Source of the DNA: Strigamia acuminata
Taxonomy: Eukaryota
DNA length: 64,000 bases
Assembly: GCA_949358305.1 (NCBI GenBank)
Contig: OX442314.1
Location: forward strand, 17,298,001 to 17,362,000
Direction: 5' to 3'
Shown here: positions 36,901-50,052 of the stretch, in pieces
How positions within the stretch are numbered: the first letter of the stretch is position 1
Layout: every line of letters begins with the position of its first letter
Position numbers and translations under genes: made by a program
The notes under the pieces: model-generated
What the model was told of the DNA's origin: nothing
The model's database searches: none
The model's input: the letters and a program-made list of their open reading frames with translations, nothing else

Positions 36901-39900
36901 TCACTGCTGGGTATAAATGAAAAGATGGACAGTTACGAGCTCGGTCTCGCGGTCAGAGTGAAGAAAAAGCTGACTTGCTTCTAAGGCGGAAGCTAAATTA
37001 GAAGTGTCGAACTTTTCGAATGGCATTGATTAAATATTTTCCGATCAGCTGATCAATCGGATCAATCGATCGGAAGAAAGGGGTGAAAGGAAATGAATAA
37101 TCAAAATGAATTCGCGAATAGACTCGCGTGCGTAAATTAAAAATGAGAAAGTTTGAATTAAAGAAAAGTGAAGAATTGCGACAATAACAAAATTTAAAAG
37201 AAGTGAAAGTACTTACCTGTGACATCATCTCAGCTTAATGGAATTCTAAAAACATTTACGTGGGCTTAAAGCTTAATATACAGGGTGAACAAAAAGTCTG
37301 GTTCCTTACTAAATATTTCTGAAAGTGCTGACAATGCATATAATTCAATGATGGCAAAGTATTAAATTCGGGTGGGGCAATCTTTTGGTGACCTAAAATT
37401 TGACCTTGGGATGTTCCTTCAAGGTCATTTGAAAATTATCTCGGAAACCTTTAGAGATAGACAGAAATTTCCAATTGTAAATTTGTAGAGCAACATTTGT
37501 TTAGTCTAAAAATGATTAATTCTCAAATCTTTTGTTCTAAAAAATTTTAAGAAAATCGCAATTGAAAAAGCAGTTTTGAAAAGAAAAAGTCATAAAAAAA
37601 TTTAGTTTTCTACCCATATCTCTGCAACGGTGCCAGATATGCAAATTCCAACCAAAGGAATCAATTTTTTGGGTCATTTTACGTCTAATCAGCACGTTTT
37701 TGGCACTTTTTCAATTTTGGCCATGTTATCCTTTGACTTGCGTCTACTTTTTCAATTGCGATTTTCTTAAAATTTTTTAGTACAAAAGATTTGAGAATTT
37801 GTCATTTTTAGACTAAACAAATGTTGCTCTACAAGTTTACAATTGGAAATTTTTGTCTATCTCTAACAGTTTCCGAGATAATTTTAAAATGACCTTGAAG
37901 AAACATTCCAAGGTCAAATTTCGGGTCACCAAAAGATTGCCCCACTCAATTCTAATACTTTGCCATCATTGAATTAGATGCATTGTCAGCACTTTCAGAA
38001 ATATTTAGTAGGGAACCAGACTTTTTGTTTACCCTGTATATACTACTCTTTTGTTGCCACTAAAGAATACTTGAAAAAAAATTACAAAAAAAAAGTTATA
38101 GCATATTGCTTATGCCAAAATAATAGAATAATTACATTTGAGTGACAAAACATTGGAATAATCTGCAAATAGGTCTCGACATGAGTTTAAATCACAGATG
38201 TTAGCACAAAAAACATTGCTGGCTTTTCTTTTTACTATATTTACCGTTTCGAATCTTTGAATCATCAAATCTGCTCATCTTTGGGTAATATTTTGATGGA
38301 TAGTCCCTGCAGATACACAAATTCGTAAACTTTGGCTCAAATTTGGCTCAAATAGATGTATAATGCATGGAAAAAATTTGCTGGAAATTAGCAGAACCTT
38401 TGTAATTTGTGTTTCTAAACACTAGTGCAGATTTGGATGCATGTTCAATTTTTGAAAGATGTCAGGGAGGGGGAATCTACATTTTACTGTAAAACTCATG
38501 GAACGAGAAGTGAGAAAGCCATTTTGGTAAAAATTTGTAGACAAACTTCTCTCAGGTCACAAATTTATGTAACTGCTTCCGGGTCCCATAGACGTGCTGC
38601 AGGGACTACCCATCCAAATATTGCTCAAAGATGTGCAGATTTGATGATTCAAAGATTAGAAACAGTCAAAATAGTAAAATGAAGAGCCAAACAATGTTTT
38701 TTTTATATGGAAATGTCTGTGATTTAAACTCGTGTGGAGTTAATTGTAATTATTCCACATTTTAATACTAAAATGTTATTATTCCATTATTTTGGCAAAA
38801 GCGATCTGCTTTTAACGTTGAATTAATTATTATTTTTAAAACTTCTTCAGTAGAAATAAAAGAGTGTTTATTAAGCTTTTAAAATTCCATTCAGCTGAAA
38901 TGTTTTTATTTTTTGCATTTCAAACGACTCATACAGACTTAAACATGGATTCTTCCAATGTTTATGCATGTACTAGTGTATATATTATATACCTAACCAT
39001 GCAAAATAAAAAGCAGTTTTCTCCCCAAAGTATTCTCGTATATGGTCCAATGGTTGATATTTGTACCATCTTCCCCATCGGGCCCAATACTCATAAAGAA
39101 TTTGTCTCATATTAAGTTGTTCTGGTCTAAATGGCGTCTCGGGTGTTTCATAAGGTCCCTAAACATAACGTTAGGCACGTGAATTGTTAATACCAAATTA
39201 GGCTAGTGTTTACCTCGTGTAAGGGATAAGCTGCAGTGTAAACACCTTTAGAAATTAACCTATCGATTCCAAATTCGGCTCTTCTTTCTACCCCGTACGT
39301 CGTAGTTTGTAATATTTCGTTAACAACTTGATGCCTCTGTGTAGAAGTGAAATAGGAATCGTGGTTGTCGCTTCCAAGAAATCTAAAAGGGAAAGTTTAC
39401 TGCATTTTAAATTTAATCAGTCGACAGTCGTATTAAATTTGAAACACCGTGATTGATTGTTACCTATCTATTTTAGATTTTTTAAATGCGCACGTATAGA
39501 ATTTGACGGGATGATTTGGTACTTGTTGTGCCATTATATTCGGTATGTGGAGTATTTGAAGAAATTTCCTAGACCAGTTAGTCGGGGGATTTAGAAGTGG
39601 CTAGAAGATAAATAAAAACGTTAAATTATTCTGAGTGTTACGTATGAAGTGTTATGCATGGATCCAAACGGAAACGGAAACCTATATTTTAATGTACTAA
39701 TACGAGTTAACGAATACAAATGATTCAGTGATTTCTAGCCCTATCAAGTTTGCAGTACACCACACGGAAGGTGTTTTACAGAAAATATCCGATGTACAAT
39801 TATAATGTGCTAACTACTAAACGTGTCAAGTGAAATTTTAAAAAAATGCAAATTCCGACAAAGTAAAGAGACATCATTGAAGATAAATGCATTTGCTATT

Positions 39901-41767
39901 TGACACAATAATTTTGTCAACATTTCTGTGTGTGTCGCACTGCCACCTTGATGAATCTAAATTCCCATGTGTTTTCAAAATGATTTAGATTAAATTTACT
40001 GTACCTCAGGTTGATCAACATCGTCATCGTCATCGTCATCACTTTCAAGTGGTGGCTCAACGGTCTATAAATCTCGCAATAATTATTTATAGTTAATAAT
40101 CAGATAATAAAGTTGCGTATAAACAATATCATATTCTTACACCTGTAAAGGCGCTCTCAAGTTTAGTTCTTCAGCGTATTGGACCAATACAGGCCAAGGA
40201 GCTGATAACTTAATAAAATGTCTTCTTATTGTACTACCTTTTATAACTTCCTATTGACAATACATAATTTCTTGTTAAAAATATAAATTCGGCTTTTGCT
40301 GATTAAGAAACCTCTTCCAAGTCGAGCCCAGCTTTTCGTAAATTTCGCTTGAATTTATCTCGCCAATATTGTTTCTGCGCTTCGTCGCTCGTGATCCTTT
40401 GTAGCGTTAAACTTTTAGGCAATGAGTCACTAGTGCGCTGATTGGATTCTTCATGAACAAGAATAAAATCTGAAATTATAAAGTCAGTAATAACAATTCA
40501 TATAAAGATATGTAAGGCCTAAGAATTAAGGTACATAATTTGGAAATGCCCATAACTCTTTCATAGAAAAAACATCTATCTCGATGGGCTGTAAAATCCA
40601 ATTGATTTAATTTTAGGAAAAGAAGTGAATTTTGTTGTTGATTAATGTTTTTAGTGTATTTGATTTGAATGTTGAATTTGTCAAAGTGTTTTCATTTGTT
40701 CTATTGAATTGTGTTGTTTTATTTGAGGTTTTACATGTTCTGCAGGTGTATATTATTTGATTTGAATGTGTTTTCGTAACAATGTTTATTGGTCGAGGGC
40801 CTTTTTGAACACCTTCTAGTATGTAAATTTGACCGGAAGTTAACCCCGTTTTGGTGATCCACCACCATCTTTTTTCTATGCATCAACGTGAATACCACGC
40901 GTTCGACTCATGTTAAAATTTGAATAATTAAACCAAGTTAAATTTTAAACATATTTCGATTCGTTTATTTGCTGCGGTTACAATCGTAACCAGATTTATT
41001 TCGTAATCTCGAAATGCGCACTTTCTTTGTGACAGTAAAAAGTGATTTTAAACGTTTCATTTCTGAAGATGATCGTTTGATCGAAAGGCCTATGGTTTTG
41101 ATTAGTTCTATGTAGTTTAAAGCACCATTGACGTCAATAAAATCACTTTATAAAGTTTTCCAGTTCATAGAGAAAACTATAACTAAGTATGAAAATGTGC
41201 AAAGTAAACAATACGTAGCTTAAATAAGTTAACAGTAAATGACTTATATAAAAATTACAGAGTGCTTGAAAGAGGATTAAGAAGCCACATTTTGACAGCC
41301 AAAATTGTCCGAATTTTCTCACTGTAGGTCCCAGATTATTGGGAAATCTAAATCTGCTACTGCGATGCAATTGGACGAGTTGGGACATGGGAATATTGGT
41401 TAAGACCCGACATAGTGTGAACATATTAATTTAATTCGTAGATTGTTTTAGAGATTGCTAATTAGTAACTTAATGCTAGGGGAAAATAATTCTTTTTTTG
41501 TCTTTACCAATCTTTCTTTTTCCATCTCGAAAATATGTATCCTCTTGCTGATTTTTGATAAATCATTCATTGTGCAGTGAGGAAAAATGAAAATTAAAAA
41601 ATATAAACGAAAAAATTTAAAATTTAGTAAACCATTCACACCAAAGCATCCTGTGCAGCAAAATATTCTGTGTCTTTCCAAAATGATGTCATCTTTCCAT
41701 ACTTCTGTTTAGGTCTTGCAACATGTTCATATGATTCAAACTTTAGAGCATATTTGTTGGAATGCAT
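33996..41767 (-). CDS. Anoctamin copy B (ANO7-like), apparently intact
   Basis: MHSNKYALK...[25 protein letters not shown]...[11 protein letters not shown]...[15 protein letters not shown]...KQTINNAQE...NEYLEM...[12 protein letters not shown]...TYRKQY*. Exons join in frame; the start codon is inferred from homology with C and D. Confidence 0.9.
36700..37224 (+). mobile_element. Probable solo LTR (525 bp)
   Basis: TGTAACA...TGTGACA termini, 4-bp flanks TCCT/TCAT, internal TATAAA near 36913. Absent from the homologous site in copy C (~46980). Confidence 0.65.
37281..38036. mobile_element. Tc1/mariner-type MITE (756 bp)
   Basis: TA-CAGGGTGAACAAAAAGTCTGGTTCC...GGAACCAGACTTTTTGTTTACCCTG-TA, with inverted arms of nearly 300 bp. 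Confidence 0.9.
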
Positions 41768-42692
41768 GATGATACGGTTGTCTTTATCTACTATAATATA
41801 AGAAAAAATATACATATAATTTTTTAAAATAATTTTTGATTTAAATAGAAAATCGATGCATCCTGGCAAGTAATGCGAATGATTCATGGGGATGATTAAA
41901 TTATTAAAATTTCCAGTAGCCCAACATAAGGCGCTACTTTTCATGCTAAACATCGAAAGTATTAAAAAAATTCTTTCCAAAATGTGTTTACGTTGGTTTC
42001 ATGTAATAGTAAAAAGGAAATATTTGTTTTGGATGTGCCGTAAATTAGGTTTACTAACACACTTTGCTATGTTTTATTCCCTTTTTTCTTTTAAAATAAT
42101 TTTTGAGAATTGTTAGACTTAGAGCTAAAGTTTTGGACGTACAAAATCAAAACATGGCTGCACTCTTGACTCACTTCTTGAGATTTTTGTCTTTGAAGTT
42201 TGGAACCGAGTTTACTGACAATAATTAAACACGTTAGTTTTCTTTATTGAGCAGAAAATTACTATATACGTTATGATTGTTTCAGAATGCATTTTTGTGA
42301 CGAAATGAAATAAGGTAGAAAAATTTTAAATCTATATATTTTAAACAAAGGGAATCTAATGTTAATTGGTTTCAACTTCCGGTTTATGTAATTTTGAAAA
42401 AAATGAATTAAAACATTAATCATAAGATTGGAAAGTAGACTATTCTGGTGCAGTTTTTGGTATACTTTCCAATTAATATGATAAAATTTATATTAAAAGT
42501 AGTTAAAAGGGAGAAAATGCTGATTTACGGCGAAATGTAATCAAACTGGAGCGCCACCTGGCGGAATCCCTTGATGGATGCCAAAATGTTCACCCGATAC
42601 GAATTTTGATGTTTTCGGTATTAAAAAATGATTTCAAAATTCTGAAACTAGGCTAAACCTGGTTAAAATAAAAATTCCTATCTGCCCATATA

Positions 42693-43275
42693 CAGGGTGT
42701 ATCAGAATTCATGTTACACAGAAATAGGGGGTATAGAAGGGGACCAGGAGATCACATTTCCACTAATCAAAAATTCCAAAAAAAAATTCCCACATGGTTA
42801 CAACCCCAAAAACAATGGAAGATTTCAACTATCGCGTCACTCATATCGCCCACACTTGTCAGGTTAAAGCGCAATTCTCAAATAAAAAGATACAAACCTA
42901 TCATTTTAATGTTAAAGAATCACAAAAAAAATCCAAAAATCCGGGAAAACTAAAACAAATCATTTATGTAAAAGATTAATTTCCTTAAATTATTTACCAA
43001 GCTGTGCATTGATGCACATGTTGAACATGTAGAGCATCTCTTGTAATAAACTTCTGCTGTTGGCTACCGATTGTGTCTTTTTATTTGAGTTTTACGCTTT
43101 AACCTGGCAAATGTGGGCAATATGCGTGAGGCGGAATATTTGAAATCTTCCATTGCTTTTGGGGTTGTAACAAAATGGGAAATTATTTTTGGAATTTTTG
43201 ATTAGTGGAAACGTGATCTCCTGGTCCGTCTCTATACCCCCTATTTCTGTGTAACATGAATTCTGATACACCCTG
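42693..43275. mobile_element. Tc1/mariner-type MITE (583 bp) between copies B and C
   Basis: TA-CAGGGTGTATCAGAATTCATGTTACACAGAAATAGGGGG...CCCCCTATTTCTGTGTAACATGAATTCTGATACACCCTG-TA, with arms of about 200 bp. Confidence 0.92.
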
Positions 43276-43794
43276 TATTTTGTTTTTAAATATTGTTTAG
43301 AAAAAGTACTTTGTTGAAACGTTTATTGGCACGAGCAATCACGAAACAATGTGCGGTAGTAGCGCACTCTGGCGGCGATTTGAAGCACAAAAAACTTTGT
43401 TTTTATATTTACTTGTTTATGAATAAAGCAGTGTAGTTTGGAGTGTTGGACAGCCAACATACGTAAACGGTTGTCTTTATCATTCTCACACATATATTTA
43501 TCTTTTTTTTTTTACAAGAAGAGCAATGATTAATTACTAATAGTTTTTGTAAAATTTGAAATTTTTTTGAAATTCTATTCGGTTTTGTAAGGTATAATGT
43601 TTGACTTTTACCATTAATTACTTTAATCAAATGTCTCAATTAAATGTTCTTTTGACTATTTTTTGAAAGCACCAACCACCGCATTTAAATGTCGAAGTAT
43701 GGAATCTGTAGATAAGTAATTCAGACAGTAGTAATATGTTGCAAAGAAGCAGTACGAAGTTTTGTTGATTGATTTTCTAGCTTCCAGTATATCG

Positions 43795-46700
43795 TTACAG
43801 GTTTAGTAATGAAGTTCTCACAAGAATTTCTGACTTTTTGCGATCAGCACTCGCTTTTCTACTCGCCTCCTATTAATGCAACAAACGTGAAACGTTGTGA
43901 TGATTAAAATTGAACACTAAATAGAAAATGTTTTGAAGTATTACTTACTTTAATAATTTTATCCGAATCTGCCAACGCTTGTTTTTCTAAGTAACGGTCT
44001 CTCTTAATTTTCAACTCGGTACCACTTGTAACGTCAGGAACGAGAGAATCAATAAGGCGACAAACGCCAAATACCACATGCTAGAAATAATTAAATAGAA
44101 TCATTTTTTGTAAAAAAAAATTGAGATAATTAAGGTGGAAACCCAAGGGAGCGGGTAAATTCCAAAGCTTGCTTTTACTTGAAAAAGCGGCTAAAAACTC
44201 GCTTGCTTGAGCAAACACAAGCTTGCATTTTTATTCAAAGCTTTGCTTTGAAGCGAGCTTGTACTCACCCGTTCCGATCAAACTGAGTTTGATTTACCAG
44301 CTTCAAGCTTGCTGGTTACTTTGACTTTGACAGACAATCAGAATCGTGAAGAAATTCTTGGAGGAGATTTTGGCTGGATTTTCTGGCAGCTATACCTAGC
44401 TAGCTTGAGTTTGCCAGTTAAGCTGGTAAGCCAAAAGCGGATCAAGTGAGCTTGTAAATGACTCCCTCTTTAAACTTGTACTAGCAAGCTTTGGAATTTT
44501 ACCCGCTCCCATGTGTTTCCACCTTAAGACTTTCTCCTTACTTCGAAAACGATAACGAAAATCAATCGGATGGCAAGTAATTCCCAATAGAAGAGTGTGA
44601 GTTGTCCTTTTTCGTTTCTGAAATCTCGGTATCGACATTCTTCGGTCATAGTACCGTTCGGAGCATACGCCAAACTAAAGTTTATATAACCCTGTAAACT
44701 CCCGAAATGTGCTTTGTAAAGTAATTGTGGAAGGAAATCCGACGTAAATGCTATGAGAAATGCCTAGGAACAAATCAATTTGTTACTAATCAATATAATA
44801 GACCTACAACACACCTTACATTACTAATTACTGCTAATTGGGCTAAAGCTTGCAATATAGTAAACCAGACTCCTATATCTCTTGCTCGTTCTGCTACAAC
44901 TCGTCTCGTATCACACACGAATTTGTGCGCATCCAATCTTATTTCCACCCAGTTGTTTAAAAGTGCAAAAAGTGGAGCTAATGGAAAGGCGGCCACGAAT
45001 ATTGTGATGAAGCCAAATTGCTGGACTAAAACAGCGACAAATAATTTGTTTTCTCCTAGTATTGCCAATATGTCTTTCTAAAACTTACCCATTTCCAAGT
45101 ATTCTTTTAATAAACCTTGGTTTTCAATCAGGTCATAATCCGTCTCCCATCTGGTCTCTTTCCTAATCTTGAGCAATTCAATAACCTTTTTTCTATGTCG
45201 CCATGCTTTGTATTTTCTAGCAATTTTTTCTTAAACGGTTCTCTTAGATTAAAATGTTTTGTTTGTAGACTTACGGGATTAGGAATCCTTGTACATTGTT
45301 CATGGCTTGTTTGCCAATCATAATGACAATGAATTGTTGGGTAAGTTCAACTAAACAGCCACTATTACCACACTAGATTGAAGGACCAAAATGAAACAAA
45401 TTTTACACGACTCATCTGTATTTATAATTACGTCTTCTTGTCTTAATCCTCCTAAAACGTAATTATAATGTCCGGGGTAACCAACAAATCTAAATTTAAG
45501 AGAAATATAAATAATTGATTACACAAAAACGAAAAGGACTAAAACGAGAATCATACCGCCCTTTGAAGAATGCAACGTAGATAATGGACGAATGAAAATT
45601 GAAGAATTGAAATAGAAACAGTTTAAAAATGAGATTGTCTTCAAATTCAGTTCGTGTCCTATGCATTTCTACGAATAAAAAAATAAATTAAATTCGAAAA
45701 TGTAAATATTTGTTCTTTTACCCCATTGCTTTTACCCCATTCGGTGAGCACGTGCGCCAATTTGGTATATATTCTACTCAATATCATAATTAAAATAAAA
45801 TTGACTACAGCACCACATATGCTGGCTATAATCGTTGCTAGACTCCGGGTCTCTTGGTTTTTGAAAAGGGGAATGCTGACGAGCACCCGGTACATTATTA
45901 TTGCAACGATGAAGATAACGACTAGACTAATCTAAGACAAAATAATAAATTGTCATCTTTTTGATAGAACATTAACTGCACAGTACCATGACTAATGAGG
46001 CTCCTACACCTGCCACCATTCTTTTTCCTGTTAGACCTCCTGGGAAAGTGGGTTCCCTGATACCCGTAACAGGGTTGCGTTTCATCAACGGAGCTTTGGC
46101 TGCAAATTCTGGACGGGGTCGTTCCTAAAATCAGATTGATTACAAATTGATTCAACTGAAATTTGACTTTGAGCTAGAACGTTGAGCACCTCCTCTTTGA
46201 CATAATCTGAACAGTCCCAATGATATGCTAAACTTGCACACTTCCTTTTCCAGTGTTGAAGAAATGAAACGGCTGCAATAGAATACGCTCGTGTGCAGTT
46301 ATTTTTGAGTAATTTGAGATGAAGTTAATACATTACCCCAAAATGCAACAAATATGGCGTAATACACGGTACCGGGATGGTCGAATAAGTAAGCGATGGT
46401 ACTTGACACGCAGATTTCTGACAAACTCCAATATAAAGGGCAACCAACTGGTTCAATGCATTGAGGACACATTTTAAAGGCATTTTTACTGAGGCATATT
46501 TCTTTTCTACAAATAATTGAAAAAGATCATTTTTACCAGTCATTTGGGTTTCAGTTAATGCAGGTGGTCCAACTGGCTTCAGTACAGGCCATGATTGGCT
46601 GCCAGAATCGACCAAAGCACGGCCCTGTGATCACTGATATTCATATTACGAGGTACCAGCAAAATAAAATTGACATTTTCAAAATTTGGAAAAATTTCCT

Positions 46701-49700
46701 TTTTGGCAGCAACCCATCTTGACAAATGTTTGCAGAAGTTGGACAGCCCCGCTTTAATCAGATAACTCACGTTGGTAAATACAAATTTATTGTATAAATC
46801 CCATACATAAAAACTAGTATACCAACTATTGCGGCTGGAAGCAACCATCCAGTGTAATAACCTGTAAGAAACCGATGCTGATATTCCATAGGTGCAATAT
46901 GTACTCTGTACTTGTGCATGCCTAAATATTGGAATAATCCATGTTTAAGTCTGTATGAGTCGCTTGAAATGAAAAAAAAAACATCTCAGCTGAATAGAAT
47001 TTTAAAAACATTTATGTGGGCTTAAAGCTTACTGCCAGTAAGAAATATTAGAAAAAAATATATTGCCTTTGCCAAAATAATAGAAAATTATATTTGATTG
47101 ACAAAATATTGGAATAATCTACAAATAGCTCTTTACATACCTTTAAATCACAGATGTTTTCACAAAAAAATATTGTTGGCATTTCTTTTTACTATCGGGT
47201 GGCCCAACGCCTAAATAAAACTGGCCCCACAGTACAGGGTATCTCAAAAACATTTATACACTGTGCAATTAAAAGATACATTAATCATTAGTGGTGAGCA
47301 GTGTAGTTTAATTAACGTTTCTGTTGCAGTTTTTTCCGTTCTTTCGTTTGGTGTTTAGTTTTTGAATACCCGAGCTTTTGTTTTCGAGATATTTGCGATT
47401 TTAATCAATTTTTGTTCCAATTCGTGTTTAGAAACTGTGATTATAAAGCTTCTCCTAATTTCCTGCAAACTTTTTTCAAAAAGTTTGTCTCAAATTGTGT
47501 GGAAAAAATTTGCTGGAAATTAGAAGATTAAAATTTTCATTCAGCTGAGATTTTTTTCAAATAACTCATACATGTTATTATTATTAATATTTAGTTGTAT
47601 TTATGTCATTGATGTTTAAATCTAGTGTATTGTTTTGACACCAGAATGTGCCACTACGTAATTTATTTTATGACATGAGACAAGATGTACCGTTTCCTGC
47701 TAATTAAATATTCTGTGTTCTTGTGTTTTAGAGGAAATATATATAGAAGTGTTTTTATTTCATGCCAACTTAGCGAAGATTTTTGAACATTTTGTGTAAA
47801 ATACAGGCTTCAACGTGGATTATTCCAATATTTAGGCATGCTCCAGTATTTGAGTATACATATTATATACCTAACCAGGCAAAATAAATAGCAGTTTTCT
47901 CCCCAAAGTATTCTCGGATATGGTCCAACGGTTGATATTTGTACCATCTTCCCCATCGGGCCCAGTACTCATAAAGAATTTGTCTCATATTAAGTTGTTC
48001 TGGGCTAAATGGCATCTCGGGTGTTTCATAAGGTCCCTAAACATAACGTTAGGCACGTGAATTGTTAATACCAAATTAGGCTAGTGTTTACCTCGTGTAA
48101 AGGATAAGCTGCAGTGTAAACACCTTTAGAAATTAACCTATCGATTCCAAATTCTGCTTTGCTTTTTTTCCCGTACGTCGCAGTGTGTAATATTTCGTTG
48201 ACAACTTGATGCCTTTGTGTAGAACGAAAATAGGAATCATGGTTGTAGCTTCCAATAAATCTAAAAGGAAAAGTTTACTGCATTTTAAATTTAATCAGTC
48301 GTATTAAATTTGAAACACGGTGATTGATTGTTACCTATCTATTCTTGATTTTTTAAATGCGCACGTATAGTATTTGACGGGATGATTTGGCACATGTTGT
48401 ACCATTATATTCCGTATGTGGAGTCTTTGAAGAAATCTCTTAGTCCAGTTAGTCGGGGAATTGGGACGTACCTAGAAGATAAATAAAAGCGTTAAATTAA
48501 TCTGAGTGTTATACAGTGTTATAAATGAAAATAAAAATGAAAATAAAATTCCGACAAAGTAAAGACACATCATTAAAAATAAGCTTAAATGCATTTGCTA
48601 TTTGACACAATAATTTTGTAAACACTTCTGTGTGTATCGCACTGCCACCTTGATGATATGATGAATCTAAATTTCAAAATGATTTAGATTAAATTTATTT
48701 GTGATTTACCTCGGGTTGATCATCAGCATAATCGTCATCGTCATCACTTTCAAGTGGTGGCTCAAATATCTATAAATATCGCAATAATTATTTATAGTTA
48801 ATAATCTTATAATGAAGTTGAGTATAAATAATGTCATATTTTTTCACCTGTAAAGGCGCTCTCATGTTTAGTTCTTCAGCATAATGGACCAACACAGGCC
48901 AAGGAGCTGATAACTTAATGAAATGTGTTCTTATTGTACTACCTCTTACAACTTCCTATTGACAATACATAATTTCTTGTTAAAAATATAATTTCGGTTT
49001 CTGCTGATTGAGAAACCTCTTCCATGTCGAGCCCAGCTTTTCGTAAATCTCTCTTGAATTTGTGTCGCCAATATTGCTTTTGCGCGTCGTCGTTCATGAA
49101 CTCTTGTCGCATTATACTTTTAAGCAATGAAGTTTCACTACTGTGTGGATTGGAGTCTTCATAAACAAGAATAAAATCTGAAATTATAAATTCAGTAATA
49201 AAAATCCATATAAAGGTATGGAAGGCCTAAGAATTAAGGTTCATAATCTGGAAATGCCCATAACTCTTTCCCACAAAAAACATCTATCTCGATGTGAACT
49301 TTCTTTGTGACAGTAAAAAGTGATTTTATTCGTGTCAAATTTGAAGATGATCGTTTGATCGAAAGGCCTATGGTTTTGATTTGTTGTATGTAGTTTAAAG
49401 CAGTGTAAATTTTCTAGTTCATAGAGAAAACTACAACTACGAAAATGTGCAAAGTAGGTAAATACGAATCGTAAATTAATGTATGTAAAAATTGCAGAGT
49501 GCATGAATAAGGATTAAGAAGGCTTATTTTAAGAGCAAAAAGTGACCAAATGTTTTCGCTGTAGCGCCGAGATTATTGGGAAATCTAAATCTGCTACTGC
49601 GATGCAATTGGACGAGTTGGGACATGGGAATATTGGTTAAGACACGACATTGTGTGAACATATTAATTTAATTCGTAGATCGTTTTAGAGACTGTCAATT

Positions 49701-50052
49701 ATAGTAACTTAATGCTGGGGAAAAATAATTTTTTTTATCTTTACCAATTTTTCTTTTTCCATCTTGAAAATATGCATCCAAATCAATTGAGTTATTTCTC
49801 TGAGGAGTACCATTAACTTTCGGATCATCTTTACTTTCTTGCTCATTCTTGAGAAATCATTTATTATGCAGTGAGGAAAAATGAAAATTAAAAAATATAA
49901 AGGAACAACTTTAAAATTTAGTAAACCATTCACACCAAAGCTACCTTTGCAGCAATATTTTCTGTGTCTCTCATGGTTTTCCAAGATAATTTCATCTTCT
50001 GTTTAGGTCTTTCAGCAGGTTCATACTTTATAGCCAATTTGGTGGACGGCAT
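43795..50052 (-). CDS. Anoctamin copy C (ANO7-like), open frame, TM6 Glu replaced by Gly
   Basis: [10 protein letters not shown]...KVAL|NEQESK...[18 protein letters not shown]...[13 protein letters not shown]...KEYLEM...[12 protein letters not shown]...TSLLNL*. The exons checked join in frame. Confidence 0.9.
44134..44523. mobile_element. MITE with TTAA target duplication (Kolobok-like termini) in an intron of copy C
   Basis: TTAA-GGTGGAAACCCAAGGGAGCGGGTAAATTCCAAAGCTTGCT...AGCAAGCTTTGGAATTTTACCCGCTCCCATGTGTTTCCACC-TTAA. Absent from the same intron of B, D and E. Confidence 0.85.
46911..47846. mobile_element. Same long-TIR element as 36624-38976, at the homologous intron position of copy C
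   Basis: TA-CTTGTGCATGCCTAAATATTGGAATAATCCA...TGGATTATTCCAATATTTAGGCATGCTCCAG-TA. Confidence 0.75.

Larger units (their letters stand above)
36624..38976. mobile_element. Long-TIR non-autonomous DNA element in an intron of copy B, hosting two nested insertions
   Basis: Inverted ends ...GTCTGTATGAGTCATTTGAAATGCAAAAAA / TTTTTTGCATTTCAAACGACTCATACAGAC..., plus inner inverted arms at 38110-38310 and 38597-38800. The equivalent intron in copy D is only about 60 nt. Confidence 0.75.

Noticed and set aside
44725..45081. Plus-strand ORFs of 118-138 aa (also 61815-62231) that recur in the array
   Set aside because: They are antisense shadows of the conserved TM7-8 anoctamin exons and recur only because the sense exons are duplicated.
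46550..46760. Similar GC-richer intronic segment in B, C, D and E, considered as a snoRNA or hidden exon
   Set aside because: No convincing C/D or H/ACA boxes or consistent splice sites, and it is largely deleted in B. Inheritance through duplication explains it.
49241..49700. Intronic blocks shared by B, C and D that faintly resemble copy A exons 2-3
   Set aside because: The similarity is too weak to establish by eye, and frames and splice sites are not conserved across copies.
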